This document shows, piece after piece, positions 17,210-26,303 of a DNA stretch of 38,526 bases (its first letter is position 1; each line of letters opens with the position of its first letter). The stretch covers positions 1 to 38,526 of the forward strand of contig JBKBRF010000057.1 in the NCBI GenBank assembly GCA_046292385.1, given 5' to 3'. This DNA is from Armatimonadota bacterium (GTDB lineage Bacteria; Armatimonadota; SYMT01). Made by a program: the position numbers and the translations under genes. Under the pieces are notes generated by a model. That model was not told the DNA's origin. It searched no databases and worked only from the letters and a program-made list of their open reading frames with translations.

Positions 17210-17530
17210 GTATTGCGTATTCCGTATTGCGTAGCGATGGGCCTGCACCGCTCGCCGCGAGATCCTGCCGGGCGGGGAGCAGGTTCTTGCTCCTGCTCTT
17301 GCTCTTGCTCGCTGGCGACGTCGGGGACCCGGCACGTCCTCGGAAGCGCGATGCCGGGCGGAAGAGTAGTGCGTATTCCGTATTGCGTAGCGGCTCGCCT
17401 ACACCTCTTGCCGCAAGATCCTGCCGGGCGGAGCGCTAAACTGCCCCCTCGCCCGGCACGATGTCCTGGTAAGTAGGTGCAAGCCCGCCGCTACGCAATA
17501 CGGAATACGCAATACGGAATACGCAATACG
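17210..17530. mobile_element. Family B element, tandem/nested copies containing a family C segment
   Basis: Two left ends GCGTATTCCGTATTGCGTAGCG...GATCCTGCCGGGCG and one right end CCGCTACGCAATACGGAATACG...; 17281-17343 matches the reverse complement of 35554-35626. Confidence 0.65.
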
Positions 17531-17575
17531 AAACACCACGGCCCCCGCTCGAAAGCGGAGGCCGTGGTGTTTCGT
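17528..17575. terminator. Bidirectional terminator-like hairpin
   Basis: 16-bp stem ACGAAACACCACGGCC / GGCCGTGGTGTTTCGT between the convergent beta-lactamase and NlpC/P60 genes. Confidence 0.65.
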
Positions 17576-17590
17576 CCCGGTAGCCGGGCG

Positions 17591-18586
17591 CTATTCCGAG
17601 TTCGCCGGCTCCTTGGCCGGCAGCTCGCTCGACTCTTTCATCAGCCGGTCGAGCTCCTTCTTGTCCAGCTCGATCGGCGAGCGAGAGAGCCGCCGTGCAC
17701 CCCGGTACCGCTTGTGGTAATAGCCGGTGAGCGTATCGATCCGGACATCTTTGCGGGTGTTAGCCGCGTGGATGAACTTGTTCTCGCCGATGTAGATCCC
17801 CACGTGGGAGATCCCGGAGCGATAGGTACTGAAGAACACCAGGTCGCCGGCGCGCAGCTCGCCCCGCTCGACCGGCGTCCCCAACCGCGACTGCGCCGCA
17901 GCGCTGTGCGGAAGGTTCATGCCCCGCATCGTCTTGTAGATGTAGCAAACAAACCCCGAGCAGTCGAACCCGCCGCGCGAGGCCCCACCCCAGATATAGG
18001 GCTTGCCACGCTGCTTCAGGGCTTCCTCGATCAGGTCCTCGTTCTCCTTGCCGCCGGCGCCTTCCTTAGCGCTCGCCAGCATCAGCAGCCCGTCGTCTCC
18101 CGCGATCGCTTCGCGCTCGTCAGCCGGAGGATCTTGCACCTGCGCCGGCTCGGCGGGAAGGACTCGGCGGGGTTCGTTCCAGGCCTGCCGACGCGCCAGC
18201 GCTGCCCGGAGGGCGGCCTCGTCATCGGCGGCGGGAGAGGACCCGCGTCTCGTTGTCAAACCTCCGCGGCCCGCTCGGGGTGAGGGGGCGGCCACAGAGG
18301 GGGTGCTCGTGCGAGCCCGCGCCGCCGATCCGGTTTCCCCGGAGGTCTGCTTCTGGGCGGCGGGTCTGCTCGACGCGGGCTCAGCGGATTCCTCCGCACC
18401 GCGCCGGGCGCTTACACTTTCTTGATCAGAGCCAGTGCTCGTTTTCTTCTTGACCGTAGTCGAGGTCTTCTTCGGGGCAGTCCCCTGACTGCTGGGTGCC
18501 GCTTCCGAAGAATTGGCCGTCCCTCCCACCAGCGCGGCTGCGAGCAGCACGCACGGGAAGAGGGTCCGTTTTCTCGGACCTGTCAA
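17591..18586 (-). CDS. NlpC/P60 (C40) peptidoglycan endopeptidase
   Basis: Signal peptide, low-complexity linker, PYIWGG..GFDCSG, GDLVFF, HVGIY, FIHA; TTG start with purine-rich RBS. Confidence 0.92.
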   Translation of the reverse strand: MTGPRKRTLFPCVLLAAALVGGTANSSEAAPSSQGTAPKKTSTTVKKKTSTGSDQESVSARRGAEESAEPASSRPAAQKQTSGETGSAARARTSTPSVAAPSPRAGRGGLTTRRGSSPAADDEAALRAALARRQAWNEPRRVLPAEPAQVQDPPADEREAIAGDDGLLMLASAKEGAGGKENEDLIEEALKQRGKPYIWGGASRGGFDCSGFVCYIYKTMRGMNLPHSAAAQSRLGTPVERGELRAGDLVFFSTYRSGISHVGIYIGENKFIHAANTRKDVRIDTLTGYYHKRYRGARRLSRSPIELDKKELDRLMKESSELPAKEPANSE

Positions 18587-19019
18587 AACATCCCTTCCTT
18601 TCCCTGGGTTTGTGGCCCCGGCTTTCTAGGGAATGCTCGGCCGTTCTTCGGTCGAGCTCCCGGTAAAACCTATCGCACTTTGCCTGGCCGGGGTTGAAAG
18701 TCCTCCCCACCGGGGGGTTGGGGGGAGAGCCGCGGGAGCGCGGGCTTTCCGCCGGATCCCTTCCGAGCCTCTGTTTGGGCGCTCGGCGGCGAATCCAGCC
18801 CGAAGGCATTGTCGGCCACGAGCGCCGCTCCACCAGCCCGGAAACGTTAATTCTCTGTTGCGAGCGTCGGGCGAGCTGCCTGGAGACGACTTCCTTCGAC
18901 CTGGCGGTGCGGTGTATCCGGTGGCGCTCCGAGGTTTGCGGGCGGCACCGGTGAGGGAAACTGCAGCCTGTCCGCGCCGGGCGCTGGCCCGCTGCCGTCC
19001 CACCCGAGGAGCGACTCCG

Positions 19020-20495
19020 ATGCCGCAGAACCGAGCCACCGTGGCGATCTCACACACCCACGAAAAGCACCGCACGCAGGAACGGGTGCTGGAGCTGGTC
19101 CGGGAAGCGGTGGGGCACCTGGGCGGGATCTCCCGGTTCGTGGCGCCGGGGAACACGGTGCTGATCAAGCCGAACCAGACCGTCTTCTACTCCGCCGAGG
19201 AAGGCTGCACCACCGACCCGCTGGTGGTCGGCGCGCTCATCCGCCTGGCGAAGGAGGCCGGCGCCGCGCGGGTGCAGGTCGCGGAGTCGAGCGGGGGCTT
19301 CTTCTCGTCGCTCGACTGCATGAAGATCACCGGCATGGCGGCGGTCGCGGAGAAAGAGGGCGCGGAGCTGATCGACCTCGGAAGCGATACGGTCCCGAAC
19401 CGGATGACTCGGATCCCGGACGGCCGGGTCACGCAGGAAGCACCGCTCCCCGCGCCGCTGCTGGATGCCGACGTGGTGATCGACGTTCCGAAGTGCAAGA
19501 CCCACCACATCGAGCCGATCAGCGGCGCGCTGAAGAACTGGGTCGGCGCCGTGAACCAGAACTGGCGGAACTTCAACCACGGCGACGACGACATGATCGG
19601 CCGGTTCATGGACCTGATGCTCGTCAGCCGGCCGCATCTCTGCGTGGTTGACGCGCTGATCGCCGGCGAGGGGGACGGGCCGATCGCGAACCAGCCGCAC
19701 TGGGTCGGCTGCATCCTCGCTTCCACCGACCCGGTAGCGACCGATGTCGCGATCGCGCGCATCCTGGGGCTGGAGTGGGAGAAGCTGGAGTTCGCGCGGG
19801 AGGCGGAGGCGCGCGGGCTGGGCGTGCGGGAGCCGATCGACTACGTCGGCGTACCGCTGGAAGAAGTGGCGGTCCGCGCCTGGAGCGGGCACCAGGGCTT
19901 CGAGTACCTGCCGATCAACCTGCTGGTCGGCACCGACGTGACGCTGGCGGGGACGATCGGGCACGTAAAGAGCGTGCTCGACAGCATGCTGCGGCGGGGG
20001 CAGCTGCACCAGGTGATCTGGCTCAAGGGCACGCCGACGATCATGATCGGAGACGTGGAAGACCCGCAGTTCGAGCAGCACCTGGAGGAAGGACCGTACA
20101 TCGTGTTCGACGACTCCGCCCGGCCGGAGTACAAGCACCATCCGAAGGTCCACTTCGTCCCGGGCCACCCGGTCCTCCGCACCGCCATGCCGGAGCTGAT
20201 CAAGGGGCTCGGGCTGGAAGAGCTGGGCCAGGGCGCGATGAAGTGGGAGCAGTTCGAGCGCTGGGGCATGCACAACGTGGAGTACGGCACCCCCACCCGC
20301 AAGGCGCTCACCATCGCGAAGCCGCTGGCGGCGCTCGGCCTGGCGGTAGCCGGCGCCGCCGCGATGACGGCGCTGGTCGGCAAGCTGAGTGCCTCCGGGG
20401 ACGAGGCCGGGGCCGGGACACCCCCCGGGGAGTCGGCGGACACCGAAGCGCTGGAGCGCGAGGCGCTCGACGTGCTGCAGTCGCGCCCCGAATAG
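19020..20495 (+). CDS. DUF362 domain protein with C-terminal extension and hydrophobic tail
   Basis: VLIKPN, TTDP, VPKCKTH, GALKNWVG, GEGDGP, DPVATD; GAGGAG RBS. Confidence 0.87.
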   Translation: MPQNRATVAISHTHEKHRTQERVLELVREAVGHLGGISRFVAPGNTVLIKPNQTVFYSAEEGCTTDPLVVGALIRLAKEAGAARVQVAESSGGFFSSLDCMKITGMAAVAEKEGAELIDLGSDTVPNRMTRIPDGRVTQEAPLPAPLLDADVVIDVPKCKTHHIEPISGALKNWVGAVNQNWRNFNHGDDDMIGRFMDLMLVSRPHLCVVDALIAGEGDGPIANQPHWVGCILASTDPVATDVAIARILGLEWEKLEFAREAEARGLGVREPIDYVGVPLEEVAVRAWSGHQGFEYLPINLLVGTDVTLAGTIGHVKSVLDSMLRRGQLHQVIWLKGTPTIMIGDVEDPQFEQHLEEGPYIVFDDSARPEYKHHPKVHFVPGHPVLRTAMPELIKGLGLEELGQGAMKWEQFERWGMHNVEYGTPTRKALTIAKPLAALGLAVAGAAAMTALVGKLSASGDEAGAGTPPGESADTEALEREALDVLQSRPE

Positions 20496-20501
20496 CACGG
20501 A

Positions 20502-20565
20502 GTTTGCAGGTTGACAGGTTTGCAGGTTGCAGGTTGCAGGTTGGAGCCCGGAACCTGCAAACTCC
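20502..20565. repeat. Family A heptamer element
   Basis: CAGGTT(G) unit x5, then GAACCTGCAAACTCC. Confidence 0.75.
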
Positions 20566-20595
20566 GAAAGTTCCGACCTCTGTGGTCCGGACGGC

Positions 20596-20624
20596 TTGAA
20601 TCCGGGCCGCGTCTCCCCTACCAT
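20596..20624 (+). promoter_or_regulatory. Putative sigma70 promoter of queG (leaderless)
   Basis: TTGAAT-17 nt-TACCAT, 6 nt before the GTG start; no RBS. Confidence 0.5.
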
Positions 20625-20630
20625 CTCCGG

Positions 20631-21773
20631 GTGGAGCACGCGGCAGAGGAACGGAAGAGGGCACTGCTGGCGGAGGCGCGCCGGCTCGGCTTCGAGCTGG
20701 CGGGCATCGCGCCCGCCACGCCCGCGGAGACGTCTACCGCCTATCGGGAGTGGCTGGAGGCAGGCTGCGCCGGCGAGATGCACTACCTGGGCCGCGACCC
20801 GGACCGCCGCGCCGACCCGCGCCTCGTCTGGCCGGAGACCGGCTCGATCCTGGTGGCCGGCCTCGGCTACCGCACCTGGGAGCCGAAGGCGGAGGTGTGG
20901 GACGATCCGCTCCGCGGTCGGATGGCACGCTACGCCCTGGGGGACGACTACCACGACGTCCTCATCCACAAGCTCCGCGCGCTGCTGGCCTGGGCGCAGG
21001 AGCGCTGGGGCTCCGAGGTGCAGGGCCGCACCTACGTCGACACCGGCCCGCTGCTGGAGCGCGACCTCGCCGCCCGCGCGGGCCTTGGCTGGTTCGGCAA
21101 GAACACCTGCCTGATCGACCGCAAGCAGGGCAGCTACTTCTTCCTCGGCGCGCTGCTGCTCAACCTGGAGCTGCCGCCCGACGCGCCGACCACCGCCCAC
21201 TGCGGCACCTGCGACCGCTGCCAGGTCGCCTGCCCCACCGAAGCCTTCCTGGCGCCGTACGTCCTCGACGCCCGCCGCTGCCTCTCCTATCTCACGATCG
21301 AGCTGCGCGGCCCGATCCCGCGGGAGCTGCGGCCGCTGGTCGGCAACTGGATCTTCGGCTGCGACGTCTGCCAGGAGGTCTGCCCCTGGAACCGCAAGCC
21401 GGGTCTGGCGACAGAGCCGGCGTTCGCGCCGCGGCCGTCGCTGCAGGCGCCGGAGCTGATCCCGCTGCTCCGGATGACGCAGGAAGAGTTCAGCGCGACT
21501 TTCCGCCGCAGCGCGGTGAAGCGGACCAAGCGCCGCGGCTTCCTGCGCAACGTCTGCGTCGCCCTCGGCAACAGCGGCGACCGGGCGGCCGTCCCCGCGC
21601 TGGCGGAGGCCCTCTCCCACGACGAGCCGCTGGTCCGCGGCCACGCCGCCTGGGCCCTCGGTCGCCTCGGCGGCCCGCAAGCGGAAGCGGCCCTGCGAAG
21701 CGCCCTGGCTGCCGAGGCAGATCCCTACGTGCGAGAAGAAGTGATCGGGGCGCTGGTGGAGCTGCGAGCCTGA
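20631..21773 (+). CDS. queG: tRNA epoxyqueuosine(34) reductase QueG
   Basis: RYALGDDYH, VDTGPLLER, GWFGKN, CGTCDRCQVACPT, FGCDVCQEVCPWN, C-terminal HEAT repeats. Confidence 0.96.
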   Translation: MEHAAEERKRALLAEARRLGFELAGIAPATPAETSTAYREWLEAGCAGEMHYLGRDPDRRADPRLVWPETGSILVAGLGYRTWEPKAEVWDDPLRGRMARYALGDDYHDVLIHKLRALLAWAQERWGSEVQGRTYVDTGPLLERDLAARAGLGWFGKNTCLIDRKQGSYFFLGALLLNLELPPDAPTTAHCGTCDRCQVACPTEAFLAPYVLDARRCLSYLTIELRGPIPRELRPLVGNWIFGCDVCQEVCPWNRKPGLATEPAFAPRPSLQAPELIPLLRMTQEEFSATFRRSAVKRTKRRGFLRNVCVALGNSGDRAAVPALAEALSHDEPLVRGHAAWALGRLGGPQAEAALRSALAAEADPYVREEVIGALVELRA

Positions 21774-21784
21774 TCCCGAGCCTT

Positions 21785-22090
21785 GGTTCCGAACCTGTTC
21801 ACCACAGAGCGCACAGAGGGCACAGAGAGAACCGGAACCAGAGGGATGGGCCTGATCCGCCTCACGAGCACTGTACTGTGGCCCCGGTCCGGACCGGATT
21901 CACCGCAGAGGACGCGGAGAGCGCAGAGGGGACGCAGAGGGGGAACTAGAGGGGATGGGCCCTGCGGCACCTCTCGAGTCCGGTACAGCGGCCCCGGAGT
22001 CTCTCCGACTGGTTCTGTCTTTGCGTCCTTTGCGTTCTTGGCGGTTTGAATCTGTGTTCCTTCTGTCGGCTGCTTCTGGGTCCCTCTGCG
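21785..22090. mobile_element. Family D composite 9-mer element (TTCACC[A/G]CAGAG modules), copy 1
   Basis: Modules aligned by eye with 25960-26294 (direct) and 27183-27571 (inverted). Confidence 0.7.
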
Positions 22091-22103
22091 TCGAAAAGTC
22101 TGC

Positions 22104-23090
22104 TCAAAGCCCCGCCCGGCGCGTGTAGAAGAGGTATTGCTGCGCGTAGCCGGCGAGGGCGCCCCAGCGGTCCCAGGCGAAGCACAGGATGGCGTCGTAC
22201 TCGCGGGGGGTGAGGCCTTTCTCCACGCGGGCGGCGGCGTCGGGCAGGTAGGCGGAGAGCGCCTCGCCGTAAAGCTCGTGGACGACGCGCCGCACCCAGA
22301 CGTCGACCGGGAACGCCTCCGGCTGGTCGAGGGAGAAGAGCAGGATGCAGTCGGCCACTTTCCGCCCGATCCCCGGAAGCGCCAGCAGTGCGGCCAGCGC
22401 CTCCCGGTACGGCAGGCGGCGGAGCGAGGGGAGGTCGATCTCTCCGGCGGCGACGCGCTGCGCGGTGCGGACCAGGTACTTGCACCGGTAGCCGAGGGCG
22501 CAGCTCTTCAGCGCTTCCGGCTCCAGCTCCGCCAGTCGCTCCGGCGGCGGGAGCACCGGCACCTCGACTCCGCCGTCCCAGGGGTGGACCGTCCCCCAGT
22601 CCCGCGCGATCCGGCCGGTGGAGAGCTCGATCTTCGGGATGTTGTTCCACTGGGAGCAGATGTAGCCCGCCACGCACTCCCACGGGTCCTGCCGCAGAAT
22701 GCGAAGCCCCGCCGCCGCCTCGACCGCCCGCGCCAGGTGGGGGTCCGGGCGGAGGCGGCGGTAGACCTCCGCCAGCGGCGTGTCGAGCCCCAGGAAGCGC
22801 CAGGCGTCGTCCACCGTCACTGCCGACCCATGGGCCCGCACCTCCAGCCCGTCCAGCGTCACCCTTACCGCCAGCGACGCCTGCCCGAACGGGCCGTACC
22901 AGGTGTCGCCGTGCCGGTGCCAGCGGAAGACCTGCCCGCACCGGAAGGTGTGGAGCGGATCGAACGGCTCGCCCGGCGCCAGCGGCAGCAGCACCGGCCG
23001 GTCCCGCTCCAGCAGCCGGTCCCCCTGCGGCGCCGCGAGGCGGGCGGGGTAATCCGTGTGAAGATCGTGAGTCGCGTAAGGTGTGGTCAC
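22104..23090 (-). CDS. 8-oxoguanine DNA glycosylase (OGG_N + HhH-GPD)
   Basis: CGQVFRW, GLRILRQDPWEC, LGYR, LPGIGRKVADC (catalytic Lys), FPVDVWV (catalytic Asp), AGYAQQYLF. Confidence 0.92.
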   Translation of the reverse strand: MTTPYATHDLHTDYPARLAAPQGDRLLERDRPVLLPLAPGEPFDPLHTFRCGQVFRWHRHGDTWYGPFGQASLAVRVTLDGLEVRAHGSAVTVDDAWRFLGLDTPLAEVYRRLRPDPHLARAVEAAAGLRILRQDPWECVAGYICSQWNNIPKIELSTGRIARDWGTVHPWDGGVEVPVLPPPERLAELEPEALKSCALGYRCKYLVRTAQRVAAGEIDLPSLRRLPYREALAALLALPGIGRKVADCILLFSLDQPEAFPVDVWVRRVVHELYGEALSAYLPDAAARVEKGLTPREYDAILCFAWDRWGALAGYAQQYLFYTRRAGL

Positions 23091-23173
23091 GCCAGATTCT
23101 AACCCGCCGGCCGCAGATGAAGGCACCGCTCACTTTTCGGGAACCGTTCTGCCTGCAGAGAATCTAACAGGGC

Positions 23174-24039
23174 ATGCGCCGCCCCGCTCGAAAGCGTCTC
23201 GCGCTCGCAGCGCTGGCCGTCGTGCTCCTCGTGGGGTCCGGCGTCAGCTTCCACGCCTGGAGCTTACACCGGGAGCTCGTCGCGGCGCTCGACCCGACGC
23301 GGGATCCGATCACCGCTTCGCCAGCCCCCTGGAGCACGCCGCCTGGAACGGAGACCTTGAGATGGTGCAGGCGCTGATCGATGCCGGCGCGATCCGTCGC
23401 GACCGAGCGAGGCTAGCTGGTGAGGCAGCGCATGCCGCCGGGCTGAATGGGCACCGCGAGATCTGGGAACGGCTGCTCAAATCGGGTGGGCGGCCGCTCC
23501 CTTCGGATGATCCCGAGGCGGTGTTCTTGAGGTGGGGAGTGGGAGAAGTCCAGAGCTTCTCCGCCGGAGGTCACCGGTGGAGCCTTGAGTCCAACGCGCT
23601 GCCCGGGACCGAAGAAATCGTGCTCCGGCGCAACGGAGCAATCGTGCGAAGACTGCACCCAAGTCGCCGCGGCTCCTCGGCGATTGCGGCTCGTAAAACT
23701 GGTCTTTCGGTGGGGTTTCCGGTGGTCGCGGCCCGGTACCACGGGACCGAGAACCTCGGAGAGCTGACGGAGTTCTACGCCATCACCGGGGGACGACTGG
23801 TGAAGATGGGAGAGATCGAGGGACGCGCAGGCGGGCCGCTGCTAGAGGATCATGATGGCGACGGCCGGCCGGAGTGGATCTTCGACGACCACGACCCATA
23901 CGCACGGGACGGCAGCGGTCCGCGGCGCCTCCGGATCTATCGGGTCAGCGCTGCGAAGCGCCTGGTGCTCTGGAAACGAGTTCCCAACCCCAGCCGGGAG
24001 CCGCTCCCGCGGGTCCTCGGCAATGAGCAGCTTCAATAA
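23174..24039 (+). pseudogene. Membrane-anchored or secreted ankyrin-repeat protein, frameshifted at about 23281-23293
   Basis: Signal/TM segment in the frame of 23174; ankyrin repeats (SPLEHAAWNGDLEMVQALIDAGA) and a DHDGDGRPE motif in the frame of the 23083-24039 ORF. Confidence 0.65.
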
Positions 24040-24094
24040 CCAGGCTCGAAGCAGGTGCCGGAAGCGCCGCGCCTCGCCCTATCCCCGGCCTGGC

Positions 24095-24103
24095 TGATAC
24101 AAT
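24095..24103 (+). promoter_or_regulatory. Extended -10 promoter of proS
   Basis: TGaTACAAT about 50 nt upstream of the ATG. Confidence 0.5.
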
Positions 24104-24152
24104 TTCCGCCTGACAGGAGCGGTACCACCGCCAGGGAGGAGCGAGAGACCCG

Positions 24153-25958
24153 ATGCGAATGTCCCACCATTTCGGCGAGACCCTGCGCGCCGCGCCCGGC
24201 GACGTGGAGGTGCGGAGCCACCAGCTTCTGCTCCGCGCCGCGTACGTGCGCCAGCTCGCCGCCGGCATCTTCAGCTACCTCCCGCTCGGGCACCGCTCCA
24301 TGGCGAAGATCGAGCGGATCATCCGGGAGGAGATGGACGCCATCGGCGGCCAGGAGATCACCATGCCGGTGGTCCACCCGGCGGAGGTGTGGCAGGAGAC
24401 CGGCCGGTGGTACCAGATCGGCGACGAGATGGCCCGCTTCAAGGACCGCGCCGAGCGGGACATGGTGCTCGCCATGACCCACGAAGAGGTGGTGGCGGAC
24501 CTGGTCCGCAAGGAGATCCGCTCCTACCGCCAGCTCCCGGCGCTGGTCTACCAGCTCCAGACCAAGTTCCGGGACGAGCCGCGCCCCCGCGCGGGGTTGA
24601 TCCGGGTGCGCGAGTTCACGATGAAGGACTCGTACAGCCTGGATATCGACGCCGCCGGATTGGAGGAGCAGTACCGCCGGCACTACACCGCCTACTTCCG
24701 CATCTTCAGCCGCTGCGGCCTGAAAGACGTGGTGGCGGTGAAGTCGGACACCGGCATGATGGGCGGCAAGCTGGCCCACGAGTTCATGTTCCTCTGCGAC
24801 ATCGGTGAGGACACCCTGGCGCTCTGCCCCGCCTGCGGCTACTCCGCCAACCTGCAGGTGGCCCGCTTCCGCAAGCCGGAGGCGGTGGTGGAGGAGGCCC
24901 AGCCGGTGGAGAAGGTCGAGACGCCGAACACCCCCTCCATCGAGGCGCTGGCGGAGCTGCTCCAGGTGCCGCAGAGCCGCACCGCCAAGGCGGTCTTCTT
25001 CACCGCGGCGGTGCCCGCGCCGACCGACGAGGAGCCGGAGGGCACCCGCGAGGTGCTGGTGATGGCGATCGTCCGCGGCGACCTCCAGGTGAACGAGACG
25101 AAGCTCTCCAACGCGATCAAGGCGCGCTGGCTGCGGCCGGCGACCGACCCAGAGATCCGCGCCGTCGGCGCCGTCCCCGGCTACGCCTCGCCGATCGGGA
25201 TCGACCGCTCAGCCTCGCTCGTGGTGCTCGACGACCTGGCGGCGCAGTCGACCAACCTGGTGGCGGGCGCGAACGAGACCGGCTACCACCTGCGCAACGT
25301 TAACGCCGGCCGCGACTTCCAGGCCGACGTGACGGCGGACCTGACTTCCGCCTACGAGGGCGCCCCGTGCTTCCGCTGCGGGCAGGGTCTCACCCTGGCG
25401 CGCGGGGTGGAGGTCGGCAACATCTTCCAGCTCGGCACCCGCTACACGGAGGCGCTCGGGGCCACCTTCCTCGACGCCGAGGGCCAGGCGCGGCCGGTGG
25501 TGATGGGCTCCTACGGCATCGGCGTGGGGCGGCTCCTCGCCTGCCTGGGCGAGGCGTTCAACGATGAGTACGGCCTGCAGCTTCCGATCACGGTCGCGCC
25601 GTACGAGCTCTTCTTCGCCTCCCTCCCCGGCGGCGACGAGGCGGTCGCCGCCCAGGGCGAGGAGCTGTACGCGGCACTGAAGGGGGCGGGCGTGGAGGTG
25701 CTCTTCGATGACCGCGACGTCAAAGCGGGCGTCAAGTTCGCCGACGCCGACCTGATCGGCATCCCGCTCCGCCTCACGCTCAGCTCCCGCTCCCTCAAGA
25801 ACGGCGGCGTGGAGCTGAAGCGCCGCGACAGCAAAGAAGGCCGGATCGTCCCGCTCGAAGAGGCCCTCGCCGCCGTCCGCGAAGAGATCGCCCGCCTCTA
25901 CGCGGAAGAAGCGGAGAAGGTGGTCTCCCCGCCTTACCCGGAGGCGGAGGCCGAGTAG
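24153..25958 (+). CDS. proS: Proline--tRNA ligase (bacterial type with INS editing domain)
   Basis: SHQLLLRA, THEE, FRDEPRPRAGLIRVREFTMKDSYS, EVGNIFQLG, MGSYGIG, GVKFADADLIG. Confidence 0.98.
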   Translation: MRMSHHFGETLRAAPGDVEVRSHQLLLRAAYVRQLAAGIFSYLPLGHRSMAKIERIIREEMDAIGGQEITMPVVHPAEVWQETGRWYQIGDEMARFKDRAERDMVLAMTHEEVVADLVRKEIRSYRQLPALVYQLQTKFRDEPRPRAGLIRVREFTMKDSYSLDIDAAGLEEQYRRHYTAYFRIFSRCGLKDVVAVKSDTGMMGGKLAHEFMFLCDIGEDTLALCPACGYSANLQVARFRKPEAVVEEAQPVEKVETPNTPSIEALAELLQVPQSRTAKAVFFTAAVPAPTDEEPEGTREVLVMAIVRGDLQVNETKLSNAIKARWLRPATDPEIRAVGAVPGYASPIGIDRSASLVVLDDLAAQSTNLVAGANETGYHLRNVNAGRDFQADVTADLTSAYEGAPCFRCGQGLTLARGVEVGNIFQLGTRYTEALGATFLDAEGQARPVVMGSYGIGVGRLLACLGEAFNDEYGLQLPITVAPYELFFASLPGGDEAVAAQGEELYAALKGAGVEVLFDDRDVKAGVKFADADLIGIPLRLTLSSRSLKNGGVELKRRDSKEGRIVPLEEALAAVREEIARLYAEEAEKVVSPPYPEAEAE

Positions 25959-25959
25959 G

Positions 25960-26294
25960 AATTCCGAACCGGATTCACCACAGAGCGCACAGAGCGCACA
26001 GAGCACACAGAGGGGACACGGAGAGGGAACAGAGGTTTGGGCCTGGGCCGCTTCACGAGTTACTGCAGCGGCCCCGCTCCGAACCGGATTCACCGCAGAG
26101 GACGCGGAGAGCGCAGAGGGGACGCAGAGGGGAACCAGAGGATAAGCGGGAGAGGCCTGGTCTTCCTCACGGGTCCGTACAGCGGTCCCGGGGTTTGTCG
26201 CTTCTGGCTCCCCTCTCTGCGTCCTTTACGCTCTCTGCGGTGAATCCCCGTTCGGTTCCTCTCTGTGTCCTCTGTGCGCTCTGTGGTGAATAAC
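25960..26294. mobile_element. Family D composite element, copy 2
   Basis: TTCACCACAGAGCGCACAGAG / CTCTGTGCGCTCTGTGGTGAA terminal IRs; inner TTCACCGCAGAG / CTCTGCGGTGAA. Confidence 0.72.
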
Positions 26295-26303
26295 GGTCCC
26301 GGG

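Noticed and set aside
18590..18840. c-di-AMP (ydaO) riboswitch upstream of the NlpC/P60 gene
   Set aside because: The expected conserved segments (GCTGAA, GGAACC, GTCAGCTAAC-like) were not found on the minus strand
19050..21680. 876-aa minus-strand ORF and other long shadow ORFs (for example 32985-35015, 13563-15194, 15017-16726, 35078-36703, 87-1061)
   Set aside because: They are antisense or off-frame to genes with clear family motifs, show no motifs of their own, and are expected in high-GC DNA
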